59,679 nt of DNA from an uncultured Anaerostipes sp. (GCA_900756035.1 CAAEIR010000387.1:1-59679); one strand, 5' to 3'. Numbered from the stretch's first letter, positions 39,198 through 50,587 are shown. Numbers and translations: made by a program. The notes: generated by a model not told the origin, from the sequence alone.

Positions 39198-39349
39198 TAA
39201 GATTTACTTAAGTTTTGTTTAGAGTTCTTTTAGAAAAGTTTAGAAACAGAATATTGAATGAAGAGAGGATTTTGATATACTAAAGACATAGTTTTTCATA
39301 TATTTTAATCCTCTCTTTTCATTTGGATCTTGCAAAAATGCAGGGTCCT

Positions 39350-39426
39350 TTTATTAATTCATAGGAAATTTCATTCTATGAATTAATAAACGCTCCGCGC
39401 AGGATGCGGACTTGTCCGCTTTGTCC
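39350..39426. repeat. Palindromic intergenic element with REP-like repeat copy 2
   Basis: TTTATTAATTCATAG/CTATGAATTAATAAA 15-bp inverted repeat followed by GATGCGGACTTGTCCGCTTTGTCC. Confidence 0.65.
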
Positions 39427-39499
39427 GTAACATATATGCTTGAACCATCTGAAAATATATGATATGATACTTTTGACGATAGTCGCCGAAAGGAGAAAT

Positions 39500-40489
39500 A
39501 TGGCATTTAGAGCAGATCGTTTAAAAGAGATGAATTTACAGAAAATAAAAGACTATTTTTACAGAGAAAAAAAGGCAAATAAAAGTAGTCTGTCGGAGAG
39601 TACCGGTATTTCAAAGACAACGTGTACCACTTTGTTGAAAGAGTTGGTAGAAGAAGGGTTTTTGTATCAGGATTCAGATTATGATTCGACCGGAGGGAGA
39701 CCAAGCAAGGGATATCGGCTGAACCCGGATTATCAGCATAATTGTCTGATTTATTTAAAACAGGGGGAGCCTCATCAAATTGAAATTCAGGTCAGAGATT
39801 TTGCAGGAGACCGAAAAATTTCGTTGAGCCAGAAAGCAGAGGGATCCTGTATCGAAGAGTTATATAATCTGTTAGATGAAATTTTTCAAAAGGATTCCAA
39901 AATTACAGTGGCAGCATTGAGTCTTCCGGGGGTGATCAATCGGCAGTATGATGTACTTTCCTGTGATATCTGGGAGTTGGAGGGTAAGAATTTAAATACG
40001 CTGATCGGAAAGAAATACGGGGTTACGGTTATCGCTGAGAATGACGTCAATCTGGCAGCAATCGGCTATCACACGAGAGAGGATAGTCTGGCATTTCTTT
40101 ATCAGCCGAAGATTGGATACAGTGGGTGCGGTATTGTACTGAATCATCAGCTGTATCGGGGGAATACTCTGTTTGCCGGTGAAATAGGATATCTAAGTGG
40201 GTGTGCTTTTATGGAGCCGGAAGATTTTGATACGGCGCAAAATCTGATTGTACAGCAGCTGACGGCATTGATCTGTGTTCTAAATCCGGCGGAGATTGTG
40301 ATCTGTTCTTGCTATGATTTTGACAGGGAAATGTTAATAGAGTCGTTAAGTGATACACTTATATCGGAACATTTGCCCGGATTGCAAATAGTTCCGGAGA
40401 TGGAGAATTATATTTTCAACGGACTTATGGAGGCTGCGGTTGATGCAGGGAGAAATCATTTAAAATTAAGAGAAGTAAGGAGAGTGTGA
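39500..40489 (+). CDS. ROK-family transcriptional regulator
   Basis: HTH GISKTT, STGGRP, ENDVN, AGEIG; AAGGAG RBS. Confidence 0.85.
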   Translation: MAFRADRLKEMNLQKIKDYFYREKKANKSSLSESTGISKTTCTTLLKELVEEGFLYQDSDYDSTGGRPSKGYRLNPDYQHNCLIYLKQGEPHQIEIQVRDFAGDRKISLSQKAEGSCIEELYNLLDEIFQKDSKITVAALSLPGVINRQYDVLSCDIWELEGKNLNTLIGKKYGVTVIAENDVNLAAIGYHTREDSLAFLYQPKIGYSGCGIVLNHQLYRGNTLFAGEIGYLSGCAFMEPEDFDTAQNLIVQQLTALICVLNPAEIVICSCYDFDREMLIESLSDTLISEHLPGLQIVPEMENYIFNGLMEAAVDAGRNHLKLREVRRV

Positions 40490-40492
40490 GAA

Positions 40493-41386
40493 ATGAAAAA
40501 TTATATAGATCTTCATATGCACAGTAAATATAGCGATGATGGAGAATTTTCGCCTTCAAAACTGGTGGAAATGTGCAGCGAAAAAGGGATTCGGATTATG
40601 GCAATCGCAGATCACAACCTTGTATGTGCGGTAAAAGAAGGAAGAGAAAGAGCAGAAGAGCTAGGAATACAGTATATTTCTGCCATTGAAATCGACTGTA
40701 CCTATCAAGGGGTAAATTTGCATGTTCTTGGATATGGAATTTCGGAGGATCAAGAGTTCTTTAGACAGCTGGGGGATCAGATTTACCAACAAGAACTTAT
40801 GCTATCTGATCGGAAGATAGAATTAACAGAGGTACTTGGATTTCATGTAACCAAAGAGGAACTGGAGTCCCTGTCTGAAAATGGAGTCTATACCGGAGAA
40901 ATGTTCGGAGAAATTATTCTTGGAAAAGAAGAATATAAGGAACACCCGATGTTAGAACCCTACCGTGTCGGCGGAGAGCGAAGTGATAACCCTTATGTGA
41001 ATTTTTACTGGGATTTCTATTCACAGGGAAAACCATGTTATACGGAGGTTGTATATCCGGATTATGCAGAAATTGTGCAGAAAATTCATCAATATGGGGG
41101 AAAAGCAGTTCTGGCACATCCGGGAGCGAATTTAAAAGGCAAATTTGAGTATTTTGATGAGATGATGAAAGAAGAGTCCTTGGATGGAGTGGAGGCTTTT
41201 AGCAATTACCATGATGAAGAAACGGCAGACTATTTCTATAGAAAGGGTCAGGAGTATGGAATTATGACAACCTGTGGAAGTGATTTCCATGGAAAGACCA
41301 AACCGTCCATTGAGCTTGGAGAATGTCATTGCCCATATGATCAGGAATTTTTAGAAACAGCATTAAAGGAAGCAAAATTGATATAA
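40493..41386 (+). CDS. PHP-domain phosphoesterase
   Basis: DLHMHS, ADHN, HVLGY, LAHP, GSDFHG. Confidence 0.88.
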   Translation: MKNYIDLHMHSKYSDDGEFSPSKLVEMCSEKGIRIMAIADHNLVCAVKEGRERAEELGIQYISAIEIDCTYQGVNLHVLGYGISEDQEFFRQLGDQIYQQELMLSDRKIELTEVLGFHVTKEELESLSENGVYTGEMFGEIILGKEEYKEHPMLEPYRVGGERSDNPYVNFYWDFYSQGKPCYTEVVYPDYAEIVQKIHQYGGKAVLAHPGANLKGKFEYFDEMMKEESLDGVEAFSNYHDEETADYFYRKGQEYGIMTTCGSDFHGKTKPSIELGECHCPYDQEFLETALKEAKLI

Positions 41387-41436
41387 AAAAGAAGGTTACG
41401 TATGTTTTTTTGACATACTTGATCACGAAATATAAT

Positions 41437-41474
41437 AAAGCCGTGAATCGTAAAGATAAACGATTCACGGCTTT
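41437..41474. terminator. Terminator hairpin
   Basis: AAAGCCGTGAATCG/CGATTCACGGCTTT. Confidence 0.8.
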
Positions 41475-41492
41475 TGACATAGGAGACCTAAA

Positions 41493-43217
41493 TTATGCCT
41501 GTGCTTTTGCCCAAGCATCCAGTTTATCGCTGTCTGCCTGTGCAGCTTCCATAGTATCGGCTTTTACACCATAATAGAATTTGATTTTTGGTTCTGTACC
41601 GGATGGACGAACGCACAGCCATGATCCGCCCTCTAAATCATAGTAGAGAACATCAGATTTTGGAAGTCCGATCGGTGTGATGTCTCCGCTTGCAACATCG
41701 AGAATGGTATCATTTCCGTAGTCACGAACTTTCTCAACTTTGAAACCTGCAATTTCTTTTGGTGGATTCTCGCGGAAGTTTGTCAGCATAGATTTCATCT
41801 TATCCATACCTTCCAGTCCAGGGAAGTCCATGGCAGTAATGCGGTCAAGATAATATCCGTATTTTTCGTACATATCAATCATAACATCCCATAAAGTTTT
41901 GCCGCATGTTGCATAGTAAGCAGCAGCTTCACATAAGGCAACGGTTGCAGATACGGCATCCTTATCACGAGCATAGGTTCCGATCAGGCATCCGTAACTT
42001 TCTTCCAGACCAAACAGATAAGTTCCGCTTCCGTTCTGTTCAAATCCGAGAATTTCTTTTCCGATCCATTTGAATCCGGTTAATACTTCGATTAATTTTA
42101 CTCCGTACTCTTTTGCAACGGCATCTACCAGGTTTGTTGTTACGATAGATTTTACAACGGCACCGTCTTCCGGAAGAGAACCGGCTTTCGCTTTCTTCTG
42201 GCTTAATACGTATTCACAGAGAAGAGAACCGGACATATTCCCTGTCAGTGGAATATAGTCTCCGCTCTTTGCGTCTTTTACATAGACTCCAAGGCGGTCA
42301 GCATCCGGGTCTGTTGCCAGAACTAAGTCAGCATCTTTTTCTTTTGCTAATGCAAGACCCAGTTCAAAAGCTTCTTTTGCCTCCGGATTCGGGTAGCTGA
42401 CTGTCGGGAAGTCTCCATCAGGAAGTTCCTGTTCCGGCACAACATAGACATTCTGGAATCCGAGATCAGCAAGAACGCGGCGGACAGGGATATTTCCCGT
42501 ACCGTGGAGAGGAGTATAGACAATCTTTAATTTGGATGCCATTTCATCAATGGAAGCCTGGTTCATAACCTGTTTTTCCACTTCTGTGATATAGGCATCG
42601 TCTACTTCTTTGCCGATCACTTCATAGAGCCCTGCATTTACGGCATCTTCTTTTGACATTGTCTTGCAGGTAGAAATATCGGTGATTGCGTTAACTTTTG
42701 CTGTGACTCCGGAAGCATGAGGATCTGTAAACTGTGCACCGTCTTCCCAGTATACTTTATACCCATTGTAAGCAGGCGGGTTGTGGCTTGCTGTTACATT
42801 GATGCCGGCGATACAATCTAAATATCTTACGGCAAAGGATAATTCAGGAGTAGGACGAAGGGATTCAAAGATAAAAGCTTTGATTCCATTTGCTGCAAGA
42901 CAGCGAGCTGCTTCATCTGCGAATTCCGGAGACATATGTCTGGAGTCAAATGCAATGGCAACGCGTTTCTTGTCAGTATTCTGTTCTAAAATGTAATCTG
43001 CCAGTCCCTGAGTTGCTTTTCTTACAACATAGATATTCATGCGGTTGATACCCGCTCCGATGATACCTCTCAGTCCGGCAGTTCCGAATGCAAGATCAGC
43101 ATAAAACCGTTCTTCGATTTCGTTTTCGTCATTTTCAATGGCTTTTAATTCATTTTTTGTGTCTTCGTCAAAATATGGATTGGAAAGCCATTCCTGATAA
43201 GTTTCTTTGTAGTTCAT
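41493..43217 (-). CDS. pgm: Phosphoglucomutase/phosphomannomutase
   Basis: FGTAGLRG, TASHNP, DPDADR, EESYG, RPSGTEPK. Confidence 0.92.
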   Translation of the reverse strand: MNYKETYQEWLSNPYFDEDTKNELKAIENDENEIEERFYADLAFGTAGLRGIIGAGINRMNIYVVRKATQGLADYILEQNTDKKRVAIAFDSRHMSPEFADEAARCLAANGIKAFIFESLRPTPELSFAVRYLDCIAGINVTASHNPPAYNGYKVYWEDGAQFTDPHASGVTAKVNAITDISTCKTMSKEDAVNAGLYEVIGKEVDDAYITEVEKQVMNQASIDEMASKLKIVYTPLHGTGNIPVRRVLADLGFQNVYVVPEQELPDGDFPTVSYPNPEAKEAFELGLALAKEKDADLVLATDPDADRLGVYVKDAKSGDYIPLTGNMSGSLLCEYVLSQKKAKAGSLPEDGAVVKSIVTTNLVDAVAKEYGVKLIEVLTGFKWIGKEILGFEQNGSGTYLFGLEESYGCLIGTYARDKDAVSATVALCEAAAYYATCGKTLWDVMIDMYEKYGYYLDRITAMDFPGLEGMDKMKSMLTNFRENPPKEIAGFKVEKVRDYGNDTILDVASGDITPIGLPKSDVLYYDLEGGSWLCVRPSGTEPKIKFYYGVKADTMEAAQADSDKLDAWAKAQA

Positions 43218-43279
43218 AAATTACTCCTCCTTAAAGTTGTTTAAAAAAATGCCTTTGTTTAATTATACCTTAAAACGGA

Positions 43280-44257
43280 TCAAAAAACATTATAAATTTG
43301 TACATATTTTTCGAGAAAAAATGCCCGAAGATCTTTTGAAAGGACAAATTCTTCTAATTTGTCAATATATCGTGGAGAAACCCAGTGTTTTTTATGCCCC
43401 ATATATTGATTTGAGATTTTCCAAAATTTTTCCGGGAATAAAAGCAGGCCGTAAAGACAGCGCAGATCATTCTCGGACAGGGGAAACTCTTTATCATAAC
43501 CGGACAGCAGCGTATCACAAAATGAAAAACAATAGTTGTTTTTCTCCAGAACCTTTCTTAAGAAGTAATAGAGATCCAGGAGCGGATATCCATAGAAAAA
43601 ATGTTCAAAATGAATTGTTGCCGGGAATTTTCCGGTCATAATAATATTGTGGTGGTTATAAGCGCCGTGACACCATCCTTTTTGAGAGGGGGATGAGGTA
43701 TCAAGCAATTTCAGGGATTGCTCTAGTTGATCCCAGAAGTCTTTGGTTCGTTCTAAGAATAAATATTCAAAAGTTCCTTTGTTTTTGCGGCTTCGTATGT
43801 AGCGTGCAATGCTTTTTAATTCCAGATATTTCTGTTGATACCGTTTGGAAATGGAATCATAGTTTCGGAGATTCTCAGATGAAAAAGTAAGATTCTGGCA
43901 GCAACGATGAAAAATAGCCAGGTTTGAGGCAGCAATTTTTAAATCCTTTAAAGAATGAATATCACATTCAGTTCCGGAGAAGGTTTTTCTCAGGGCATAG
44001 GATTCATAATATTTATCATAAGAAAGAAAACAGCCGTTTCTGTTTACAATATACTGATCCACATTGGAAAAATGTGCTGCTTTTAGTTCTTTCGTCCATT
44101 GAGCAACGGTAAAGAGCCGGTCTTCTGACAGGGATGTCTGTGCCAGAGCATAAATGCCCTGGCTGGTCTGACACATCAGCCCGCCGCGTCCACGGCGGAC
44201 ATAATCGACATCAAGATCATATTGGTCTAACAGCATTTGATACTTTTCGTTCAACAT
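43280..44257 (-). CDS. CotS/YutH-family spore coat protein (kinase-like fold)
   Basis: LAIFH, CHGAYNHHN, FPEKFWK. Confidence 0.75.
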   Translation of the reverse strand: MLNEKYQMLLDQYDLDVDYVRRGRGGLMCQTSQGIYALAQTSLSEDRLFTVAQWTKELKAAHFSNVDQYIVNRNGCFLSYDKYYESYALRKTFSGTECDIHSLKDLKIAASNLAIFHRCCQNLTFSSENLRNYDSISKRYQQKYLELKSIARYIRSRKNKGTFEYLFLERTKDFWDQLEQSLKLLDTSSPSQKGWCHGAYNHHNIIMTGKFPATIHFEHFFYGYPLLDLYYFLRKVLEKNNYCFSFCDTLLSGYDKEFPLSENDLRCLYGLLLFPEKFWKISNQYMGHKKHWVSPRYIDKLEEFVLSKDLRAFFLEKYVQIYNVF

Positions 44258-44283
44258 ATATCCTCCTCAATATTCTACCTCTA

Positions 44284-44312
44284 ATGATATGAGCGGAACG
44301 GATGGAATATGA
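44284..44312 (-). promoter_or_regulatory. sigma-E-like sporulation promoter
   Basis: TCATATT-N14-CATATCAT upstream of the CotS-like gene. Confidence 0.5.
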
Positions 44313-44376
44313 TACGAACTTGCCAGCAAAGTTAAAATAGGATATACTAAGCATATGTCAGAAAGGAGTATGAATC

Positions 44377-44835
44377 ATGAGAAAAAGATTTTTATTGATT
44401 GCAAGTATATTGTTAATTGGTTCAGTTTCATTGGCTGCATGCGGCAAGAAGAGTCCAAGCAGTCCGGAATCAGAAGCAACACAGGAATCCTCTGAAGACA
44501 CATCTTCTGAAGAAGATACAGAATCTACCGAGGATGTATCGACTGTAGCGACAGAGAAGACAACTACAGCTGCAACAGAGGCAGTAAAGGATAGCGACAC
44601 TGCAACAAAGGAAGATGAAAAAGAGAAACCGAAGAGTGGCAGTGGGACATTCAGCGGCTGGGCTGATTCTAATTCTGTAGAGATTGAGATGTCAAACGGT
44701 GAATATCAGACATTCTTTGTTGAAGACGAGGATGTAAAGGCAGCATTAGATAAAAAAGAAGAGGGAAGTAAGATTTCCTTTACCTATGGTCCTTTGGAAG
44801 GACAATCTAATATGCAGATTTTATCTGTAAAATAG
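44377..44835 (+). CDS. Lipoprotein with acidic Ser/Thr linker
   Basis: Lipobox LAAC; low-complexity linker; small C-terminal domain. Confidence 0.75.
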   Translation: MRKRFLLIASILLIGSVSLAACGKKSPSSPESEATQESSEDTSSEEDTESTEDVSTVATEKTTTAATEAVKDSDTATKEDEKEKPKSGSGTFSGWADSNSVEIEMSNGEYQTFFVEDEDVKAALDKKEEGSKISFTYGPLEGQSNMQILSVK

Positions 44836-45027
44836 CAAGATAAGTTTATATGAAAGAAAAAGGTATTTCCTGAAAATTTCGGGGAATATCTTTTTTTTCA
44901 TAGTTTTACAATGTAATTGTCATAAATGAAATATGGTATTAAGGAAAAAGTAAGGATTTTTCAGATTTTTTGTCAGAAATCGAATTTGTTTTTTCGCTAT
45001 AATGGGAAAAGTAGGGAGGTGAAACAA

Positions 45028-45771
45028 ATGAAGCGTATCATTGTCTGGGTGATTTGTCTTTTTCTGACGGCAGGAAGCCGTATTTCAGTTTCGGCAAAGG
45101 ATAAAACAGATGCTATGATTCATAATATAGAACAGGATGTTTTGTTTGTAGGAAATGTGTCGCATATTTCTGATGGGTATGTTGTGTTAAAGGTAACAGA
45201 TTACATCAGTACAGAGTCCACATCGGATGCCATAGCAAAAAGAGAAAAAGACCACCGTTATATTCTTATGAGTAAGAATGGGATTACATATACGTCTTCA
45301 TATCACGGGAAACAAAATGCCGAAGAGGGGGATCATGTGGTTGCTTCCCTGAAGAAAAAGAATGGAACATGGACTGTTTCCAATGGGTTGTATGAGGTTG
45401 ATGAGGATCAGTACCGGACATTATCTCTGGAGCCTGTGAAGAAACAGCTTGATATTTCGAAGTTAAAACTAAAGTATTTTATAAATTCCGATGGAACTAT
45501 GAAAGATTTTTCAACGGATCAAAAACAGAAGAAATTGTACTATAAAAATCAAAAGATTTATGATACGAGGTGGAATATGAAGAAATATTTAACAATTGAA
45601 GAAATCAGAAATTCAGAAAAGCTAAAGGCAATGGATCAGAGAGCGAATATAAAGGATGAGACGGAAAAGGATCAGACGACCTCTGTGAAAAGAAAACTGC
45701 TGTTTGTTGCAGATATTTTCGTAATTATTGGTTTGGTAGCTCTTCTTCGCAAAAAATATCCTAAAAGATAA
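45028..45771 (+). CDS. Hypothetical exported protein with C-terminal membrane anchor
   Basis: GGGAGGT RBS; signal peptide; C-terminal TM plus basic tail. Confidence 0.7.
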   Translation: MKRIIVWVICLFLTAGSRISVSAKDKTDAMIHNIEQDVLFVGNVSHISDGYVVLKVTDYISTESTSDAIAKREKDHRYILMSKNGITYTSSYHGKQNAEEGDHVVASLKKKNGTWTVSNGLYEVDEDQYRTLSLEPVKKQLDISKLKLKYFINSDGTMKDFSTDQKQKKLYYKNQKIYDTRWNMKKYLTIEEIRNSEKLKAMDQRANIKDETEKDQTTSVKRKLLFVADIFVIIGLVALLRKKYPKR

Positions 45772-45787
45772 AGCCTTGTTATAAATA

Positions 45788-45823
45788 AAAGGTCAGAATC
45801 CCAAGAGGAAAATCTGACCTTTT
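45788..45823. terminator. Bidirectional terminator
   Basis: AAAAGGTCAGA/TCTGACCTTTT. Confidence 0.7.
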
Positions 45824-45871
45824 CAATTTAGAAAATATTCCGCATCGCCGGAATAAATTTTCAAATATGTT

Positions 45872-46414
45872 TTAGTAGTCTTTTACATCTAACTGGAAGT
45901 ATTTTTGCGGATGAGCACAAACAGGACATTCCTGAGGTGCTTCTTTTCCGTAGTGTACATGTCCACAGTTTGTGCAGAGCCATGCAACTTCTACGTCTCT
46001 CTTGTATACAATATCATCTGCCAGATTTGCAGATAATTGCTGATAACGCTCGTCATGATGTTTTTCAATTTCCGCAACCATAGAGAAAAGATTAGCGATC
46101 TCATCAAAGCCTTCTTCTTTTGCTTCCTTTGCGAAGGTTGGATACATATCAGTCCACTCAAAGTTTTCACCGGCAGCAGCATCTTTAAGATTTTCTACAG
46201 TAGATGGCACGCTTCCTCCGTGAAGCAGTTTGAACCAGATCTTTGCATGCTCTTTTTCGTTAAGTGCAGTTTCTGCAAAGATGTTGGAAAACTGAACATA
46301 TCCGTCACTTTTTGCCTTGCTGGCATAAAAGTCATACTTATTTCTTGCCTGGGATTCTCCTGCAAATGCAGCCATTAAATTTGCTTCTGTTTTTGTTCCT
46401 TTTAATTCTGGCAT
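45872..46414 (-). CDS. rbr: Rubrerythrin
   Basis: [17 protein letters not shown], CxxC...CPVC. Confidence 0.93.
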   Translation of the reverse strand: MPELKGTKTEANLMAAFAGESQARNKYDFYASKAKSDGYVQFSNIFAETALNEKEHAKIWFKLLHGGSVPSTVENLKDAAAGENFEWTDMYPTFAKEAKEEGFDEIANLFSMVAEIEKHHDERYQQLSANLADDIVYKRDVEVAWLCTNCGHVHYGKEAPQECPVCAHPQKYFQLDVKDY

Positions 46415-46431
46415 AAATACCCTCCTTTTAT

Positions 46432-46454
46432 AAAATAGGAATGATTACTATTTT
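46432..46454. promoter_or_regulatory. PerR/Fur-like operator upstream of rubrerythrin
   Basis: AAAATAGGAATGATTACTATTTT near-perfect palindrome just downstream of minus-strand TTGACA-N17-TAAATT. Confidence 0.6.
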
Positions 46455-46589
46455 AATTTAACAGATAAAATGTGTTTTGTCAATGAGATATCAATAAATA
46501 GTATGTACTGTTTTTGGAGAAAAATACCTTTTGCCCCTAATATCTTAACATGGTTGTGATATACTAAGACCAGAAAGGCGGAACAGACA

Positions 46590-47900
46590 ATGCGGATGTA
46601 TGATTTAATTTTAAAAAAGCGAAATGGAGATTCTCTGACAGGAAGAGAAATAGATTGGATGATAAAACAGTACACCAGTGAAGAAATTCCGGATTATCAA
46701 ATGTCGGCAATGCTAATGGCAATCTGTTTTCGGGGATTGGATGAGACAGAAACTTATGAACTGACTATGGCGATGGCAAAGAGCGGAGAGATATTAGACT
46801 TATCCGGTATTAACGGAAAGAAAGTGGATAAACACAGTACCGGAGGTGTGGGCGATAAGACATCTCTTGTATTAGCGCCAATTGTTGCCGCTCTTGGAGT
46901 TCCGGTGGCGAAAATGTCAGGAAGGGGACTTGGACATACCGGAGGAACCATTGATAAGCTGGAAAGTATATCTTCTTTTTCTACGGAATTATCGGAAGGG
47001 CAGTTTCAGACTCAGGTAAATCAAATAGGAATTGCCATTATGGGACAAACCAGAGATCTTGCGCCTGCAGATAAACGTTTATATGCTCTTCGGGATGTAA
47101 CGGCAACGGTAGACCAGATTTCATTGATTGCCAGTAGTATTATGAGTAAGAAACTTGCGGCAGGAGCAGATGCGATATTGCTGGATGTAAAGATGGGGAG
47201 CGGAGCCTTTATGAAACAAGTGGAAGATGCCAGGGCGCTTGCCAGAGAGATGGTATCGATCGGAGAGAAGGCGGGAAAACAAATGACTGCGGTAATTTCT
47301 AATATGGATGAACCGCTGGGGTGTGCGATAGGAAATGCCCTGGAAGTTCGTGAGGCGGTTGATACATTGAAGGGAAGAGGGCCGGTGGATTTTACGGAAT
47401 TGGTGGAGACGCTGGGTGCCTATATGCTTTGGATGGGAGATGCAGCAGAAAATATAGAAGAAGGTGCTGAGAAAGTCCGTCAGGTTATAAAAAATGGAAA
47501 AGCGCTGGAAAAGTTTTTCGAGTTTTTAGCGGCGCAGGGAGTTAAGGACGATCCTTCCGTCAGTATAGAGAAGCTTCCGCGGGCAGATAAAATCGTAAAG
47601 GTTTGTGCGGATGAAAGTGGATTTGTAGGGAAAATTGATGCACAGGAGATGGGAGTTTGTTCTTTGATTCTGGGCGGAGGCAGAGAGACAAAAGAGAGTG
47701 TGATTGATCCAGCGGTTGGACTGATCTTGAGAAAAAAAGTAGGAGATTTTGTAAAACCGGGGGATACTCTTGTAGAAATTCACGGAAATAGTGCGGCAAA
47801 GATAAAAATGGCAGAGGAACATTTTCGAAAACATTATCACATTACGAAAGAAATGCCTGAGAAACGGCCGATGATCTATGATGTCTTATTCTCATCCTGA
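46590..47900 (+). CDS. pdp: Pyrimidine-nucleoside phosphorylase
   Basis: DKHSTGGVGDK, KMSGRGLGHTGGT, SSIMSKK. Confidence 0.93.
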   Translation: MRMYDLILKKRNGDSLTGREIDWMIKQYTSEEIPDYQMSAMLMAICFRGLDETETYELTMAMAKSGEILDLSGINGKKVDKHSTGGVGDKTSLVLAPIVAALGVPVAKMSGRGLGHTGGTIDKLESISSFSTELSEGQFQTQVNQIGIAIMGQTRDLAPADKRLYALRDVTATVDQISLIASSIMSKKLAAGADAILLDVKMGSGAFMKQVEDARALAREMVSIGEKAGKQMTAVISNMDEPLGCAIGNALEVREAVDTLKGRGPVDFTELVETLGAYMLWMGDAAENIEEGAEKVRQVIKNGKALEKFFEFLAAQGVKDDPSVSIEKLPRADKIVKVCADESGFVGKIDAQEMGVCSLILGGGRETKESVIDPAVGLILRKKVGDFVKPGDTLVEIHGNSAAKIKMAEEHFRKHYHITKEMPEKRPMIYDVLFSS

Positions 47901-47935
47901 ATGCATATAATAGTGTAAAAACAGGAAATTGGAAT

Positions 47936-48343
47936 ATGAGATATAGGATCGTGATTTTCTTTGCCGGCTGCTTTTTGTGGGCGGTCATTTTAACAGGATG
48001 TGTGAGGGAAAACCGTGAGGGAAAACATGAGAAAGTTCCCTATGCGGTATGCAAAAAAAACGTAATACCGAAAGAACTGATGAAATTAATAGAAGAAGAG
48101 AAACAAGAAGCGTTTCATTTCACGTATTCTACGAAAGAATATACCTATTATGTTGTCGGATACGGGAAACAGCCCGGACGCCACTATAAAATCAAAGTAA
48201 AAGAATTTGCGATGGATAAAACTCATGTTTATATTGATACGACATTGATTGGAGTAACGAAAGAAGAACAAAAGAAAGGGACATCGTATCCGTATCTTGT
48301 TCTGAAAAGCCAATTTTATGAAAAAGATACGGTTTTTCGTTAA
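47936..48343 (+). CDS. Lipoprotein, PrcB C-terminal-like domain
   Basis: Lipobox LTGC; VGYGKQ..Y.I.V...SYPYLVLK. Confidence 0.65.
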   Translation: MRYRIVIFFAGCFLWAVILTGCVRENREGKHEKVPYAVCKKNVIPKELMKLIEEEKQEAFHFTYSTKEYTYYVVGYGKQPGRHYKIKVKEFAMDKTHVYIDTTLIGVTKEEQKKGTSYPYLVLKSQFYEKDTVFR

Positions 48344-48440
48344 ATAAAAAAGAAAAATTATAAAAAGTTTAGAGATGTTTTATTGATTTATAAAGTCAGA
48401 AAACCTATAATGGTGTTTATGAATCAAAGGAGGAAAAGAC

Positions 48441-50396
48441 TTGGGTAACAATCAACAAAATAATAAGAATGATAAAGATAATAAAAAGAAGAATGCAAAG
48501 ATTCTTGTGATTTTTCTGATCATTTCGATTCTTGTGACATTCTTTTTTAATCAGATTATTACAAAATGGAAAAATGGAACAGAAACGACGATTTCTTATG
48601 ACAAATTTGTCACCATGCTGGATAAGGATCAGGTAAAAAGTGTAAAAGTCACAGACAGTCAGTTAAAAGTAACCCCGAAAAAAGAGGGGAATCCATTTTA
48701 TAAGACGACTTATACGGTAGACAGGATCAGTGGGGATTACCAGCTGGTAGACCGCCTGATTAAGAGCGATATTGCTTTTGAGCAGGAACCGCAGGATCCG
48801 ATGGATACGGTTATAGCGGTGCTGATTAATTTAATACCGACGATTTTGATTTTCGGATTCCTGGTTATGATGATGCGCAGGAGCAGCGGCATGATGGGAG
48901 TAGGAAAGTCAAATGCAAAAGTATATGTGGAGAAGAAAACCGGCGTGACTTTTGCAGATGTTGCAGGTCAGGGCGAGGCGAAAGAGACATTGACAGAGAT
49001 GGTAGATTTTCTTCATCACCCGGACCGCTATACAAAAATCGGAGCAAAACTTCCGAAGGGAGCGCTTTTGGTCGGACCTCCGGGAACCGGTAAGACATTG
49101 CTTGCCAAGGCTGTTGCCGGGGAGGCCGGAGTACCGTTTTTCTCTTTGTCAGGATCTGACTTTGTAGAGATGTTTGTCGGGGTCGGAGCGTCCAGAGTGC
49201 GTGACCTGTTTAAGCAAGCCCAGCAGATGGCGCCATGTATTATTTTTATTGATGAAATTGATGCTATTGGAAAAAGCAGGGATAATGGAATTCACGGCGG
49301 CGGAAATGATGAGCGGGAACAGACATTAAATGCGCTGCTCGCAGAGATGGATGGATTTGACACATCAAAAGGAATTATTATTCTGGCGGCAACAAACCGT
49401 CCGGAAGTGTTGGATAAGGCATTATTGAGACCGGGACGTTTTGACCGTCGAGTTATTGTGGAACGTCCGGATTTAAAGGGAAGAATTGAAACTCTGAAAG
49501 TTCATGCCAAGGATGTAAAAATGGATGAAACGGTTGACTTCGAAGAAATTGCCCTTGCAACGTCCGGAGCAGTTGGTTCCGATCTTGCAAACATGATTAA
49601 CGAGGCGGCGCTTGGAGCTGTAAAAGCAGGCAGAAAAGCTGTATCTCAGAAAGATCTTTTCGAAGCAGTGGAAGTAGTAATTGCAGGAAAAGAAAAGAAG
49701 GACCGGATTCTCGGAGAAGAAGAGAAGCAGATCGTTGCTTACCATGAGGTAGGACATGCCTTGGTTATGGCACTTCAGAAAGAATCAGAGCCGGTACAGA
49801 AGATTACGATCGTTCCGCGTACTATGGGTGCGCTCGGATATACTATGCAGCGTCCGGAGGAGGAAAAGTATCTTAATAAAAAAGATGAGATGCTGGCAGA
49901 TTTGGTATCTTTCTTTGGAGGGCGTGCTGCAGAGGAAGTAAAATTTAATTCCGTAACTACAGGGGCTTCCAATGATATTGAACGTGCGACTGCGATTGCC
50001 AGAGCCATGGTAACACAGTATGGAATGTCTGAAGAGTTTGGATTGATCGGGTTGGAATCTATCACCAACCGTTATCTGGATGGCCGTGCTGTTATGAATT
50101 GTGCGGAATCCACTGCCGCAAAGGTCGATGAAGTTGTTATGAAGATCTTAAAAGATGCTTATGCAAAAGCACTGGAGTATATTCGCGATAACATGGATAT
50201 TTTAGATGAGGCAGCACAATTCCTCATTCAAAAAGAAACCATCACTGGAAAAGAATTTATGAAAATTTTTGATAAATATAAAAATCCGGAGCCGGCACAG
50301 ACTGTAGAGACTGTTGATTTACAAAAAGAAGAAACAGAGCCGCTGCAGACCGGATTTGCCCAGTGGGAGGAAGATGACGAAGATCAGGAATCATAA
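48441..50396 (+). CDS. ftsH: ATP-dependent zinc metalloprotease FtsH
   Basis: Two TMs, [27 protein letters not shown] start with AAGGAGG. Confidence 0.95.
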   Translation: MGNNQQNNKNDKDNKKKNAKILVIFLIISILVTFFFNQIITKWKNGTETTISYDKFVTMLDKDQVKSVKVTDSQLKVTPKKEGNPFYKTTYTVDRISGDYQLVDRLIKSDIAFEQEPQDPMDTVIAVLINLIPTILIFGFLVMMMRRSSGMMGVGKSNAKVYVEKKTGVTFADVAGQGEAKETLTEMVDFLHHPDRYTKIGAKLPKGALLVGPPGTGKTLLAKAVAGEAGVPFFSLSGSDFVEMFVGVGASRVRDLFKQAQQMAPCIIFIDEIDAIGKSRDNGIHGGGNDEREQTLNALLAEMDGFDTSKGIIILAATNRPEVLDKALLRPGRFDRRVIVERPDLKGRIETLKVHAKDVKMDETVDFEEIALATSGAVGSDLANMINEAALGAVKAGRKAVSQKDLFEAVEVVIAGKEKKDRILGEEEKQIVAYHEVGHALVMALQKESEPVQKITIVPRTMGALGYTMQRPEEEKYLNKKDEMLADLVSFFGGRAAEEVKFNSVTTGASNDIERATAIARAMVTQYGMSEEFGLIGLESITNRYLDGRAVMNCAESTAAKVDEVVMKILKDAYAKALEYIRDNMDILDEAAQFLIQKETITGKEFMKIFDKYKNPEPAQTVETVDLQKEETEPLQTGFAQWEEDDEDQES

Positions 50397-50417
50397 ATAA
50401 ACACAATACAATAAATT

Positions 50418-50447
50418 ACGGACTCTTCGGAGTCCGTTTTTGTTTTA
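50418..50447 (+). terminator. Intrinsic terminator
   Basis: ACGGACTC-TTCG-GAGTCCGT-TTTT. Confidence 0.88.
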
Positions 50448-50480
50448 TAACAAACTGCATTCTATGAAATCAGATGCCTA

Positions 50481-50495
50481 TGTGATTTAGTTACA
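50481..50495. promoter_or_regulatory. Crp/Fnr-family-like site upstream of thioredoxin
   Basis: TGTGAT-TTA-GTTACA; Crp/Fnr gene adjacent. Confidence 0.5.
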
Positions 50496-50587
50496 GAACT
50501 CTTTAAAGAAAAGAGGTAGAATACAGACAAGATAAAAAACAAACCGAATACAAAAGTGTATTCGGAGAAACGAAAGGAGATAGAACA

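Noticed and set aside
41410..41436. TTGACA...TATAAT antisense promoter to pgm
   Set aside because: The spacer is only 15 bp and it runs straight into a terminator; no supported product.
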